The notes under the pieces are model-generated. The model was not told where the DNA came from. It searched no databases and saw nothing but the letters and a program-made list of their open reading frames with translations. 64,000 nt of DNA from Monocercomonoides exilis PA203 (Eukaryota; Protista; Preaxostyla), in contig LSRY02000061.1 of the NCBI GenBank assembly GCA_001643675.2, positions 310,001-374,000 on the forward strand. The letters run 5' to 3'. A program made the position numbers and the translations under genes. Positions 1-13,000 of this stretch are shown here, piece by piece; positions within the stretch are counted from its first letter, which is position 1; the number at the start of each line of letters is the position of its first letter.

Positions 1-982
1 GAAAGGTGCGAACTCAAGTTCACTCAAAGATTCTGAAGCCTCTTCACATGAAAAGGAAGATCTTGTAAAGAAAGATGAAAACGAAGAAAGCGGAAAAGCG
101 GAGGATGTTGCATCATCTGATGCATCAAATGCTCCTTTGCCTTCTTCAGGGTCTTCTCATTCTGAGTCTCAAAAGGCACAGAATCTACTGTCTGAGGTCA
201 TCGAGAAGCAAACTTTACCTTCAATTGCACTTCCTCAGTTTTCATACGAAACTGACGAGGAGTTTTGTCTCGAGTGCCAGAATTTCAAAAGCAATTGCGT
301 TTATGAAGTATGTTAGTGTTGATGTAGTTAAAACATCTTAAAGAGTTTTGAAAAAATCCTTCTGAAATTCAGAATATTTGTTTTTGCTTTTGAAAAAATT
401 TAACTTTTAACCTTTCATGTATTCCTCCATTTATTATTGGTAATTGGCCTTTTACTTTCTTTCTTCTTTTAACTTTTTATTTGATATGTATATCTTATTT
501 TTTATTAACTCTAAATCCTATGTAAGGTTAATGATCGATCAATATGCCTTCATTCGCTTCGTTATCGCCTCTGTCCTTCACGTAATCCAGTAACTAACTC
601 TGCATATTCGAAGCGTCAGAAGAAATTGATGAAGGCTGCCGAAGCAAATTATATTTCAAATAAGGGATCTTCATCTGCTGAAGGATTGGTTGATGCTTCT
701 ACAGATCAGCATTCATCTGACTTTTTGGAAAGTGAAAATGCGAAAAAAGATGGTGAAAAACTGTCTCAACTGAACGAAAAGCAGAAAAAAAGAATGAAAA
801 AAGACAAATGTGAAAAGTCAATTCCGAACTTGTTAAAACCAAAAATGGATTTTTCTTTTGCTGTTTCATCTCCTCTTCCTGATTGGGCTCTGATTGATTT
901 TGAATCTGCTTTTATGGTTCAATTTAGAATTGACTCAATATTCAAAATTATTGAGTCTGAAACAAAATCTGATTTAGAATAA
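1..982 (+). CDS. 3' part of an unknown protein gene (exons <1-307 and 527-982)
   Basis: Frame 2 is open from the window start (KGANSSSLKD...FCLECQNFKSNCVYE). A GTATGT donor at 308 and a TAAG acceptor ending at 526 join in phase 0 to the frame of ORF 626-982. Confidence 0.6.
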
Positions 983-1597
983 ACACATTTTAATTTTTGA
1001 TTTTTTGATTTTTTTTTTTTTTCCGAATAGATGATTAGAATAAAATAGATTGTTCTGCAATTATTTCAATTATTCAACGAAAATGAGCTATTCGACATGT
1101 TGAACAAAAAAATTGTTTGAAGAGTTGCTCGCATTTTCAGGAATTAACTCTTTTCTATGTTTCTCATATCACTAGGTTTGCAATTGATAATAACAAGTTG
1201 TCAGGGAAGATGTGGAAGAACAACAAGTTGGCTTTGGGATTACTCTGCTTTTCTCTCTGTTAAACACTGTTTATGGCTTTTGTTCAGAGTTTCAGTTGAG
1301 ATTCGCTTCATTTGTTTTGGCAAATGAAAGAGTTGATTTTAATATTTGATTCAAGACAGTGAATAATCTTTCATTTGTCTCTTTGGAAGAAAAGATGGAG
1401 AATTTCTTTGATATTGTTTGCATCAAACCCAAACTGAATTTTTCCCCAAAAAAGAAGTGTATTTTTTTTTTTTTGTTCCTCTTTTTTTCGATTCGAAACA
1501 CGAAAAACACTGAAAGAAAATGAGAATAAAAACGAAAAAATATATCTGCTGCACATTGCAAAAAAAGAACTTTCCGATGAGTTTTCAATCAATCCAA

Positions 1598-4500
1598 TCA
1601 CTCCACCTCGCTTTCAATCGAAAATGATTGTGGCGACAACCACTCAGCTCTTTCAGCAGATGATACAATTGTCTTTGCTGCGCCACAAACAAGTTCTTCA
1701 TCCTCTCTCTCAGCTGAGCCATTTGCCAAATCAAAAGAAAGAGAAAGTGGAGAATGTTCGAAGATGCTGGAAGAGCAATCGTTGAGTGCCTGATTCAGCA
1801 AAGTTGTTGCCTCAGCTTCTGATACACTTTCTGGAGAACAAGGCTGTTCAATCGCGCTTTCCTGTGCATCAAGCGTAGATAATATTTGCTCTGCTGGCTG
1901 GGCGGTGGGTCTCTCCATTTGTTGTGCGCTTGAAGAATGCGGTAAATGCAACTCGTTCCCATCTTCTGAATTAAACTGTGAAGGGCAAATCAATTGATTT
2001 GTTCCTTCTTCGCCTTCATCATTTGCCAATTCGTTATTCGGTGAATGTGTGCTGTCTGTTTGATGCAAGTCAGTTGCTTCTGTGTTTGCACCATCTGCTT
2101 TCTCTTCATTCAGTTCTTCCTCACAAGACAATGCTTGCTCCTTCAAAGTCTGCTGTTCTTCTTCTGCAGAAAGTGTTTGGTTGCTTGTCTCAAAGCATTC
2201 ATCTGGTGGCTCCCCCATCGTCTGCTCTGATGTTTCTCTTTCTTCTTTTCTTTGCTCGTTTCCTTCTCCCATTGAATCAGACAAACAGTTACCTTCATCT
2301 CCTCCAGCAAAACCCTCCAGCGAAAGTGTTGATGGAGAAAAAGAAGACACAAAAGAAGAAGATGCGGCTGTATCTTCAGTGATTCTCGAATCGCTTTCAT
2401 TCAGACCAGTTTCTGTTTCGCTTGGAAATGCTTCTTCTGCAGTTGAAGAAGCAGACATGCTCTGCTTCCCATCTGATTGCATTTGTGTGTCTGTATTTCT
2501 CTCTCTTTCATTCCACGTTGTTCTGTCTGTCGAAGACACTCCAGCTGAATCGTTTGCTGTTTGCGTTATTTTGAGCAGCGATCCTGTCTTCTTCATCTGA
2601 TTGCTCTTCATTCCTGCTGGACGATAAGGCGGAGGGGGCAAAGTTGGCTGTGAAACACAACGAGAGGGAGAGGATGGTGAAGATGGTGAAGATATCTTTG
2701 GAGAAGGCGATGGAGATGAAGACGTCGGAATGGCTGTTCGGACTGACTGCAGCAGACACGACGACGAATGAGGCAGCTCAGTCAGCGAGCGAGTGTGCAT
2801 CGCTGGCTGAGAGATTGGAGTCGAAGATGGGCGACGTGGTGGAGGAGGAGGAGGCGGTGGTGGTGGTGCAGAATGAAGTGGGTGCAGTCGAGCTTGTGTA
2901 TGTGAAGGAGATGGGGAAGGAGAGGGAGAAGGCGAAGGCGAAGGAGAGGGAGGGTGATGGTGAGCTGACTGAAATGCAGTTGAGTGAGATGAGCGATATG
3001 AAGATGACTGTGAATGAGCTGCTGGAGTGTCAATGCTGTTTGGAGTGGAAGAATTCGGTGAAGTCAGAATCTCCTTCAGCGACGCCAGCGACGATGCAAA
3101 TGACGACTTGAAGGCAGCAAACGAGAGCGATGCCGACTTTGCATGGTGCTTGTTGGGCTGCGACAGATCGCTCTTCTCAAAACTTGAAGCAGAGGAGCTT
3201 GCCGAATGGAACGGCGGGGTATTGCCACCACCCGACAGCATACTCAAGTCAGAGCTGCTTGCACATGCTGCCAAATTTGCTCTGCTGCTGCTGTGCGTGT
3301 TGCCAGCAGCTGTATGTGAGTGCTGCAGAGGAGGAGGTGTGGGTGGATGTGCCACGCGATGTGGATGGGGATGGAGGAGAGCAGCTGTCGCATCATCTGC
3401 ACTTGTATCTGCACTTGCTGCTTTGTCTGTCTTCAGTGTGCTCTCTTCGCTCTTCCCAGACACGCTGCCTGCTGCTCTGCGGGCGGATGGCTGTGGAAGA
3501 TGCAGCGGATGGTGGTCGATGCGCGCAGCAGCAAACATCGCAAAGAGATGCGACACAAACGGTGGCTGCATCTGAGCAGGCAGCACACGAGGTGGTGGAG
3601 GAGGACGAGCAGAAGAACGCGGCGGAGGAGACGGAAGAGAAGGTGGAAGAGGAGATGACGAAGGAGATGGACGATGTGGTGGACGATGTGATGAGGGTGA
3701 CTGATCTTGTTTCAGCTGTTTTGTTTGTGGAAGAATGGATGAAGATGAATTGATTGTTGGCAAAGAAGAAAAAGAAGAAGAAGAAGCAAAAATGCTGTTT
3801 TTGTTGGCCAATGAAGCAAACTTTGCAGTGTTTGAATCCAATGTGCCCAAGTCAAGCCACTCAGAATGAGACGGTTCATCTGCCTTTTGCTGCTGAAAAT
3901 GAAGCGGCGAAGACGACGGCATTCCTTTCGGAAAAAGCGATGGCGAAGAAGAGGAAGACTGGAGGAGGTGCGGCGGAGTGCCAGCTGATCTGGCGGGAGG
4001 GCACAGCGAAGACGGAGGTGAAGCACGAGATGGCGAAGTTTGTGCGGGTGGAAGGGCGAAGGAAAGCGAGAGCGAATGAGGATCTGTCGAATTGCAGCAC
4101 GAAAACACGATTTGTGTCTGACTCTGCGTCTGCTCTTTCCTCCGCTTTGGATGTGCCTTTTGGGTGCTGCTGCTGCGGCAGACGGCGCTGAGGAAGACAA
4201 TCTCCTCGTCCACAAAGTCTGCCAGTTCGTATTCGCTGAGCACAACATCCTCAGCACATCCACACCACACAGCAGCACCCGCCCTGCCTTCCTCAGGCAG
4301 CATCGCTGTGCCACTCTGCCTCTGCTTCTCTGCAGCACTCAGCTCAGCCACATCCACCGAATGGCTTCTTCTCTTCTTTTTGCTGTCTTTCTTTGCTTCT
4401 TCAGCTGGCTCGTCTGCAGATGCAATTCGGTGCAATTGCCTGTCACATCTGCTTTTTGATGCATTTGCACCAATCAGCTCAGCTGGTTCATTCTCTTGTT

Positions 4501-7500
4501 GCTCATCTGCATCGTCTTTCAGAACACCCAACGCATCCAATGCAGAGCAACCTTTTGTGATTGGAGTATGTCTGGTAGAGCTTATCTTTCCAAGTTTCTC
4601 TTTCTCTTCTTTCTCTTCTTTCTCTTCTTCTTCTGCTGCTTTTTTTCGGAGGCGAACGACTGTGTCGACTGCATCCCGAAACAGACTCGTCGACACAAAT
4701 GCCTCAAAAAAGCATCGCAGCGCAGAAGTCGACGAGCACAGCGGAGACACACGCAACTCGTCAGACATCGACAATGCTGAGGGAGCTGCTGATGGAGAAG
4801 AAGGCGAAGGGAATAGAGATGATGAAGGAGATGAAGCAGGAGACAAAGAAGGGGATGGCAACTGAATGCTGCAGTTCTTCAGAAGTGCTGCAACATATCT
4901 CTCTTCATTCACAGCCACTCGCCACTTCTCTTTCGCACCTGCGCTTTTCCCCTTTCCTTCTCCTTTTCCCTCTCCCTTTCTCCTCCTCCTCTCTCGAAGC
5001 TCCTTCAGCTTTGCTCTGCTCCGTCTCGCTGCTTCAAATGTCGGCATAAGCACACGCTTGCACGGCAGCTCGTCCAACACACTCGCACTGCACACTCTCC
5101 ATCTCCTGCCCAACCGACTGTGCTGTTTGCAAATGCCTCTCCAGCCACTGAAGAACGGTGTGCTGTGCCTGCACCCAAACTCATCCAGAACTGAATGCAT
5201 CTCCCTCTCCCATTCGCCATTCAGCTGCTCTTCTTCTCCAAAGTCTGTTGGGCAACTTCTGCTGCTCTCCACGTTGTGACAATGAGAATTGCACTTTTTG
5301 AATTCTGTCAGCACACATTCAGAAATGTCTCTTTCTCGCACGCTTCTATTCTTCATCTCATTTTCTGCACCATTTGCACTGCCTTCGCTTTGCCTTGTGT
5401 TTTGTCCTGGTGTTTCTGCCTGTCTTCCCTTCGCAGCGCCAACAGAAGGCATCAGGAGAAAAGCGTGGAACGAGAAGAAGTGATAGAAGATGCACCGCTG
5501 CAGCCACTTCACTCGTTCAGCCTGCCTCAAAAATGAACAAATAGAGCGATTTGGCTTCGTTTCCATCCTTCTGCTCAAATCGGCTGTTGTGTCCGTTTTC
5601 TTCTGCTCAGTTGTTCGCTCTTCTGTCTGTTTCAAAAAACGAACTGAAATCTTGTTGTTTTTTGCTTCGTTTGGCTCTTCTGAATTTCTCTCATTGTCCT
5701 TCGCAGCCTCATCCTTTTCGTCTCTTCTGTTTTCTTCCTGCATCAAAGCAGACTTTTCACTCTGACTTCTGCCTTCAGCAGTTTCGCGTGAATTCTTTTC
5801 TCTTTTTGAGCTGGACCTTTCACCAGGCACATTCTCAGCTTTCGGAGGTTGTGCAGAAGACGAAGAAGACAAAGCAGAAGGTGATCTCTTGGGTGATTGA
5901 TGCGAAGCATCAGAAAATTTCACTGCTGAACTGTCATTTGGCTGGCAAGCCATTTCACGGGAAGACAGAAGAAAAGCATCAGCCGAAGCAGAATTAGTTG
6001 AAGATAACTCCACACGTTGCATCGATGATGGTAACTTCTTGGCATTTGAGATGTGCATCCCTGACATATCACTTCTCAACAACGTTGATGCAGATGCAGA
6101 CAAAAGAGCAGGTTCAGGCGAAGGAGAATCCACTGCCCCAGTTCGTGTGTCTGGAGATGGTGAATGAGGCAGATGTGCATTGGATGAGGAAAAAGGCAGA
6201 GGAGAAGGAGAATGCGCAGGCAGCTGAGAGTGCATCTTTCGCGAGGTGTTGAGCGAGCGAGAGTTGATCAGCTGCAGCTCCCCGGCTATTCCACGAAGCG
6301 CTTCGCAAAGTCTGTCCAGCGCTGGAAACGAGACGGTGACAAGTGGCGGCGCAGAGAGTGTGAAGCGGGTTGAGGCAAGCAGCGTGCGGATGACAGAAGA
6401 CGACAGCAGAGTGTGATCGGCCAGCTGCGGCGACGAGTTCTGCCCAGACAGGCTTGTCTGTCTCATCAGCCTCTGCTTTCCCAGCTGCCTCGCTGACTCT
6501 GCTGCACCAGGCATTCCTTGCTTGGAGTGTGCAGCCGACGGCCACAGCACCGTCCGTCCTTCGAGCCACAGAATTGCCACGCTGTCGCCCACAAGCGCCT
6601 CTCTGCCGCTCAGGCTGCTGTCCAGCATCCCAATCACATACGGCACAGGCGCCCCGACCATCCCGTGCAGCCCATCGGGCAGAACAGGGATGAACACCCC
6701 TTTCCATCGCAGCGGGCACAGAAGACTCCGCAGCGCCGTTGCTGCCGCACTCACTGCACAAAGCGGTGACTTTGCCGTAGAAGACGACACAACAAGAACA
6801 GACCCTTCTGCCAGCATCCACAAATGCAGCTGCACCACACAGCTCGCCGGAACCTGCGTCACAATCCACTCCACATCCACTTCGTTCACCTCCAGAAATG
6901 ACATGCTCGGAATCTCCCTCCAGCTCCTTTCAAGCCTCGATGCGTCTCTGCAGTTCTGCAACGCTTTCGACGACTGGACAGGAAGCTTCAATCCGACAAC
7001 CTGCTCTCCTCCAGCCCAGGTGCAGCTGGCTGACACATCCTCCAGCACTGCTCCGTACAGCACAGACAGTTCTGCAGACGTAGGTAACGCTGCACGACAA
7101 AAGAGATCAGACCCCAGATAAAGCGACTGAAGACGCGACAGCAGCTGGAACATCGGCTCTTCCCACATATACTCTGTCACAAGGCACAGGCACTCTGGTG
7201 GGCGCTGCTCTGACAGAGAATAGCGAAGACAAAATCCATACTGCTTCTCATCTTCCTCATTCGTCAAGCAGAATACAAACCGGTCACTGATCAAAGATAC
7301 AAGCAAAAAATTTTGGAGAAATTGAAAAAATGAAAGAAAATAGAAAAAGAAAGAAAGAGAATTCGCGGGATAAATCTTTAAAGTTCATGCGACACAAGAT
7401 GGCAATGCACACTTCGGTTGGAATTTGCGCGTCAAGCAAGACCTTCGCTCGGGGAAGCAAAACTCGCAAATTGATGCTAAATTGGTCCGCTTGTTGGCTT

Positions 7501-7711
7501 CAAACCCATACAGCACAGATGGCTTCCAATCCCACCAACACATTTCATGTAGTTCTCTGTGCTCATCTACGATTGACTCTTTCCCACCTGGTGCGGGTCC
7601 TGCTTGCAAAAGTGATTCTTTCATCGGCTGGCAGTCTGCAAACGACACATGCACAAAGGCATCAAATAAGCGCGATACCGTTCCATCTCTGCATGAGGAT
7701 GCAGCATTCAT
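1598..7711 (-). CDS. DENN-domain protein (putative Rab GEF) with long Ser/Pro-rich low-complexity regions; intron 7287-7412; true start may lie further upstream
   Basis: uDENN-type motifs LFDAFVHV, ICEFCFPE and FVFCLTNEEDEKQYGFC; core DENN LLCPLRWKGVFIPVLP...GAPVPYVIGM; dDENN-like FFEAFVSTSLF. A GT..AG intron joins ORF 7385-7711 to ORF 1598-7306 in phase (AA|T). Confidence 0.85.
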
Positions 7712-8028
7712 AAAACAACGGCGCAGCTAAATAGCAAAGATATCTGATTTTCTTTTGTTTTGCTGTCCCATAAATATATATTTTTGCAGAAAAAATGTTG
7801 AATTAGCAGTTCATTTTAATTTTTTGTGCATTACATTCTAAAAAGAATATTGAGGCATATGGGTATGATATACGAGTTTTCAAAACATCTTGAAACTTAT
7901 TTATTTATTATAAATATGATTATTAATCATCATTTCTCATGCTTTTTATCATCGAAAGTATGTGTGGATAAAAAATAAAAAATGAGAAAAAAATAAAAAA
8001 TCAATTATGATTTATTATCTGAATTTTT

Positions 8029-9050
8029 TTATTCTTCTGTCTCAAACCCTGACGACTCTTCCTCAGTTTCTTCATCTCCCAAAATATCTTCATTTTGAGG
8101 GATTTTGGAATCTTCTTCTTCTCCTTCCTCTTCATCAAGATCTTCTTCTGGTTTTTCTACTGTTTAAGACTAAACAGTGGAAAGTGAAATATCTTGGAAT
8201 TTATTATTCATAGAATTTTTAACCAAAAACATTCTCAAATGATCTGCAATCATTGATTTTCTCACTCCATTCTGATGGACTAATTTGCGCAATGCACCCC
8301 ACAATCCCTCTATCGTACTGGCACATGCACCTGAAACAAGGTCAACAAAATGTCTTTTATGGCAGACAGTTTTGTGAGTGAAATCATATTGATCCAATGT
8401 GGAGGATGCTTTCCACTCGTTGTTCATAATTGTTGAACTGCTTCGAATTGTTTCTTTTATGATGAAAAGAAGAGTTTCCCTTTTTCTGTTAGGCACAACT
8501 CACACACAACAAAAACCAGCTCCACATCCCTCCAACCTCTTGACTACACCAATTTTCCATATTTATTCTTTTATTCTTCCCTTCTTGTTTTTTCTTCTCC
8601 TCCACACAGCCTCATCAATTTTTACCACTTTCTCTTCTCCTTCTATTGGGTTTTGATGTGAATTCCAAATTTCTATGCAAGAAACTCTGACGATGCAACG
8701 CAAAAATCCAACAGTTTTCCGATTCACTTCCAGCACTTTCGAAATGAACTTGATATATGTCCCTTTTCAATGCCATAAATTGATTCTTTAACTTTCACCA
8801 AATCTCAATTTGTTCCAAGAGAAAATTCTGTTATCATATGCAGATTTCTTTCTATTGCATTTTGAACAGTGAAAATATCCGTTTAACTTTTCACCTTTTA
8901 GAACAAACATTTTTTCTTCTGCAACATACGCAAATTTTCGCTTCGTTTTTGAAAACATTTTCGTTTTACCACCACCACGCTCCGTCTTCGTCTGTGAAAA
9001 CAATATCCAGCTGATGAATCTTTGTTATCTGAAGATCCATCATTGCCATT
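8029..9050 (-). mobile_element. Decayed Merlin / IS1595 (ISXO2-like) DDE transposase
   Basis: Manual translation gives PIEGEEKVVKIDEAVWRRRK..GR..*IWKIGVV...VPNRKRETLL.IIKE.I...STIMNNEWKA...VCHKRHFVD.VSGA..STIEGLW, with an upstream HCSKC motif. It carries in-frame stops, and the second catalytic Asp is replaced by Asn. Confidence 0.8.
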
Positions 9051-10032
9051 TCAATTTATCTATTTTGATCACAACCCATGGCAACTTGAAATTGTCCCTT
9101 TTTTGAAAAAAATTATTAATTCATAATGATGCATTTCCGATGATTATTGACATGAATAATGATAATTTATAATCATATAAATTATAAACAAATATGTTTT
9201 GATGTGTTTTGAGAACTCATATATCATACCCTTATTCCAGATTCGCTCGTGGTGATAAACAAATGCAAGATTCGAAATTGATGAGGAAATAGTGTAGTTA
9301 TTGATTTTGAAAAGAATGAATTGACAGAGAATCGTTATCCATATTTGGCTAATCAAACATTGATATAAACTGCAATTGAGATAATGATTAATAACATAAG
9401 AAGAACAAATAACATACACATATGTTACTGACAATACATCACATCAAAGAGTAGCAAAGGAGAATAAAACATATACTCTTTTATAAATACATAACCAGAA
9501 TGCTTTTGATGAATCATTGCATATCATGCAACTCAATCATAAAGAAATAAGTCTGTTTGAAAAAATACATATTAATAAATGAATATACATACAAACACAC
9601 AAAAAAACTTCTCCTTGGAGAAAAAAGACAAAAAACACATTTTACAGAAAAAACACATTCTGCCGTTGAGAATGTCGATTCTTCTGCAAAAACCATTCTG
9701 CCTTTTCAAAAACAAAACAAAACAAACAAAAGTGTTCAAATTACATAATAGAAATAAACTTGAATTCAGCTGTCATTTCAATCAAGCTTATTTTCTTTTT
9801 TAAATTAGAAACATTCGCAAATGCATATCGTTGCATATCCTGATAGCGATTAATTCTGATTCATGCTCAATGGTGTTCTCACAGCTTCATCATTTTCTTT
9901 TTGTAAAATCAAGATAACAGAAGGCCAAAGCTCTTTCAATTCACTTGAGTCGGCATTTCCAATTATGAAACTTCTCTTGAATTCTTGACATTGCAGCAAA
10001 AATATCATTTAACGCAGTTTCCTAACTGATTT

Positions 10033-13000
10033 CTACTGTTCAACCAATGTCTGATTTGTGGTCCTGCTGGCTTTCTTTGTCGAGCAGCTACCATTGTTGT
10101 ATTCGCTGTAATTTGACTCAGCCATCAGGTTTATTGCATCAGAAACTGTGAATCTGGATGCGTTTTGAGGGAAAAGTCGGATGTATTCGCTTTTGAGAAA
10201 CGCAAGAGATGGTCTATCTGACACTGTTGACGAAAGCATGTTCTTCACAAGATTTGCCAGTTTGGAGTTTTGAATCGATTCAATTTCTGGCCTTGCACCA
10301 TTCATAATCTTCTGTCCAGCCACCTCCGCCTCATACTCCCCAAATGGAACCTGAAGCGTCAGACACTCCCACAGCATCATCCCAATCGAGAACACAACCG
10401 TCTTCTTCGTTGCGTGCTTCTTTTGTCCATTCAACAGTTCTGGCGCCTTCCATCTCAAACACTCATCTCTGTTGTCAAGCTCGTCCTCAAAGGCAGATGA
10501 GGGCGGAGGTGAGTCAGTGAATCTCTCGCTCATCAACGAAATGTCAGATGATGATGTGGCAATGGTGGAGGACGAGGAAATTGAGGAGGAATCTGAACAA
10601 TCAGAAGAATAGCTAGAGTGCATCGCAAGGCAGATGACCATGTGCTCAGAGAAAAGAACAATATGAGGGCTCAGATTGTCCAATGACTGAAGTGGGTTTT
10701 CCATCTCATCAAATGAGTGGAGAGCAAGATTTGCAACCCAGAACAGGATTTGGGCAGCAGTTATCACTCTTTCTTCCAGCGTCCCAATTGCCATTTCCTT
10801 TGTCTTATTCAGCCCATGCAACAGCATGAACAGCGAATCTCTCAGATCCACAATTAACTTTTCATGAGGTGATGAACAGGCCATTGCATCCACCAGATTC
10901 GACATCGAAGATGTGGTTGGGCACAAATCCTCTCCACGAACAAATGTTGAATCTGAATCAGTCGTTGAAGTGGTCGAGGTGGATGAGATTGATGGTGATG
11001 GTGATCTCTTTTGAATCTCTCCTTCTTCCTTCTCATCAACCTTTTCCAACATCCATTGTGGAATCTCGTCTGAATCTCTTCCTAGGATGTATTCAGTCGA
11101 TCCACTCTCAGATAATAAATGCTCTGATGACTCAGAGTGTTCCATTTTGCCATTTATTCTTTTCTTCATCCTCTCATCGTTTTTCTTCTCTGCCTCTCTT
11201 TCGGCTCTTCGCCACTGTTCTTCTGGTGACATCTCCATCGTCACCATCTCAAATGCTTTTGGATCCTTCTTCACTGTGTCTTCCACAATCACTTCCAGCT
11301 CTTTTGTTCTTCTCTTTTGCTTTTTCCAACGAACAATAAAGGCTATTGCAACAATAAGAACAATCAAAAACAAAACAACAAATATTATTGCAATTATAAA
11401 AGCCCATGATTTTCCTTCTTTCCTTCCTTCAACAATCCTTTCATCTCCATTTGCCTTGGGCTCACTTCTGTTCTTTAGAATGAAAGATTGCGTTGATGAA
11501 GGAGAGTCTGCCTTGCCAAACAAGATGCACACTGACACCTCTGCTTCTTCAGCAGCCGATTTCACCGCATTTGACTGAATCCTTCCAACTGCACTGCTCT
11601 CATTCCCATGCTCATCTGAACAAAACTCGTATCTGTCAATCACATCCACATCTCCCACTTTCGATATTATCTCGAATGACAAGTTGCACGGTAGAAGCAG
11701 AGACCCAGTGAATGTCAGCTTCATCTCTCCTTCATCTTCCTCGCTTGACACACGCTCCAACACAGGGATGAAGAATGATGAATCCCTCTCTGAAACAATC
11801 CCTCCCAATGTGCATCCTTCATTCAGTATCCACAGAGAAGTGTTATCCTTCAATCCATCTCCTCCTTTCAAACTCAAAACATTTAATGCTCCTGAATCTG
11901 AACAGATGATATTTCTTCTCAATGACGGATATCCTTCGACAGATGGATTGTTGTCAATGAACTCTCCTTTCTCAATATTCACATTTCCTCCACTCATTGT
12001 TATTCCACCTTCTGGTGAATTCGATATTGTTGTGTCTTTCGTCATCACAGAACTATTCACAACATCCACGACAGATCCATCCCATCTGCACAACTCTTCT
12101 CCTGAATTCAAATACTGCTCATTTCTTTCCTTTTCACTTCCATCAAAAACGCAGCTGTCCATTTTCACATCCAAACAATTCTCCAATTTCATCAATTTTC
12201 CTTTTGCGATCTTTGAACTGACTCCACCCATTGTGCAATTTGTCAAACAAATTGTCTTTTTCATTGACAAGCAAAATGTCAATGATTCTTCATCTCCTTC
12301 AACTGTGATATTTTCAATTTGCAACTTTTCCATATTTAATTGACCACATTCATTAATATCTATCAGAAATGTTTTAATAGTTGAATTGAAAATCGTTAAT
12401 GAATCAATTACCGATGGAAGTTGTGATGAAAGATATAACGAAGATTCATGAAGAATGAGATTTGATATTGTGCATCCATCAAGTTGTAATTCTCCTTTTT
12501 TCATATTAATGATGTGAAATGGAATGTTTGCAAAAGCAGTATTTCCTCCTTCCGTTAATTGTTTTGAGCCGAATGAACAATTCATCACTTCAAGAATCCC
12601 TCCTTCTGGTGATATCAGTGATTCGTGAGAAGAGATGAAATTCAAATCAAACACAAAGTTCACTCTTAGCAATGAGACAGCTCCTGTTGTTGAAATCAAA
12701 GAATCCTTTGTTTTTTCAATACTTGATTTCACTTCAACTTCACATAAGCCTCTGCTCCTCGAACTCAGACTCATCTCCTCCAGATTTATCTCTTCACCAA
12801 TCACGCTCTCCTCAACAATGAACATCAGACTCATGAAATCTGAAGTCATATGCATCAGCCCATGCTCAATTGAATCACATGGTAATGTGTTTGTTCCACA
12901 TTGTCTGTCATTTGATCCATTCACACCGCTCACAACAATTGTGTCACTCTGATAGATCGTCACAAAATCAATCAGATTTGTATCGATTGGATAATCACAT

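Noticed and set aside
1978-7121. Numerous antisense and alternate-frame ORFs over the DENN gene (likewise over both giant genes, e.g. 58603-59619)
   Set aside because: These are shadow ORFs from biased codon usage and low complexity, with no independent motifs.
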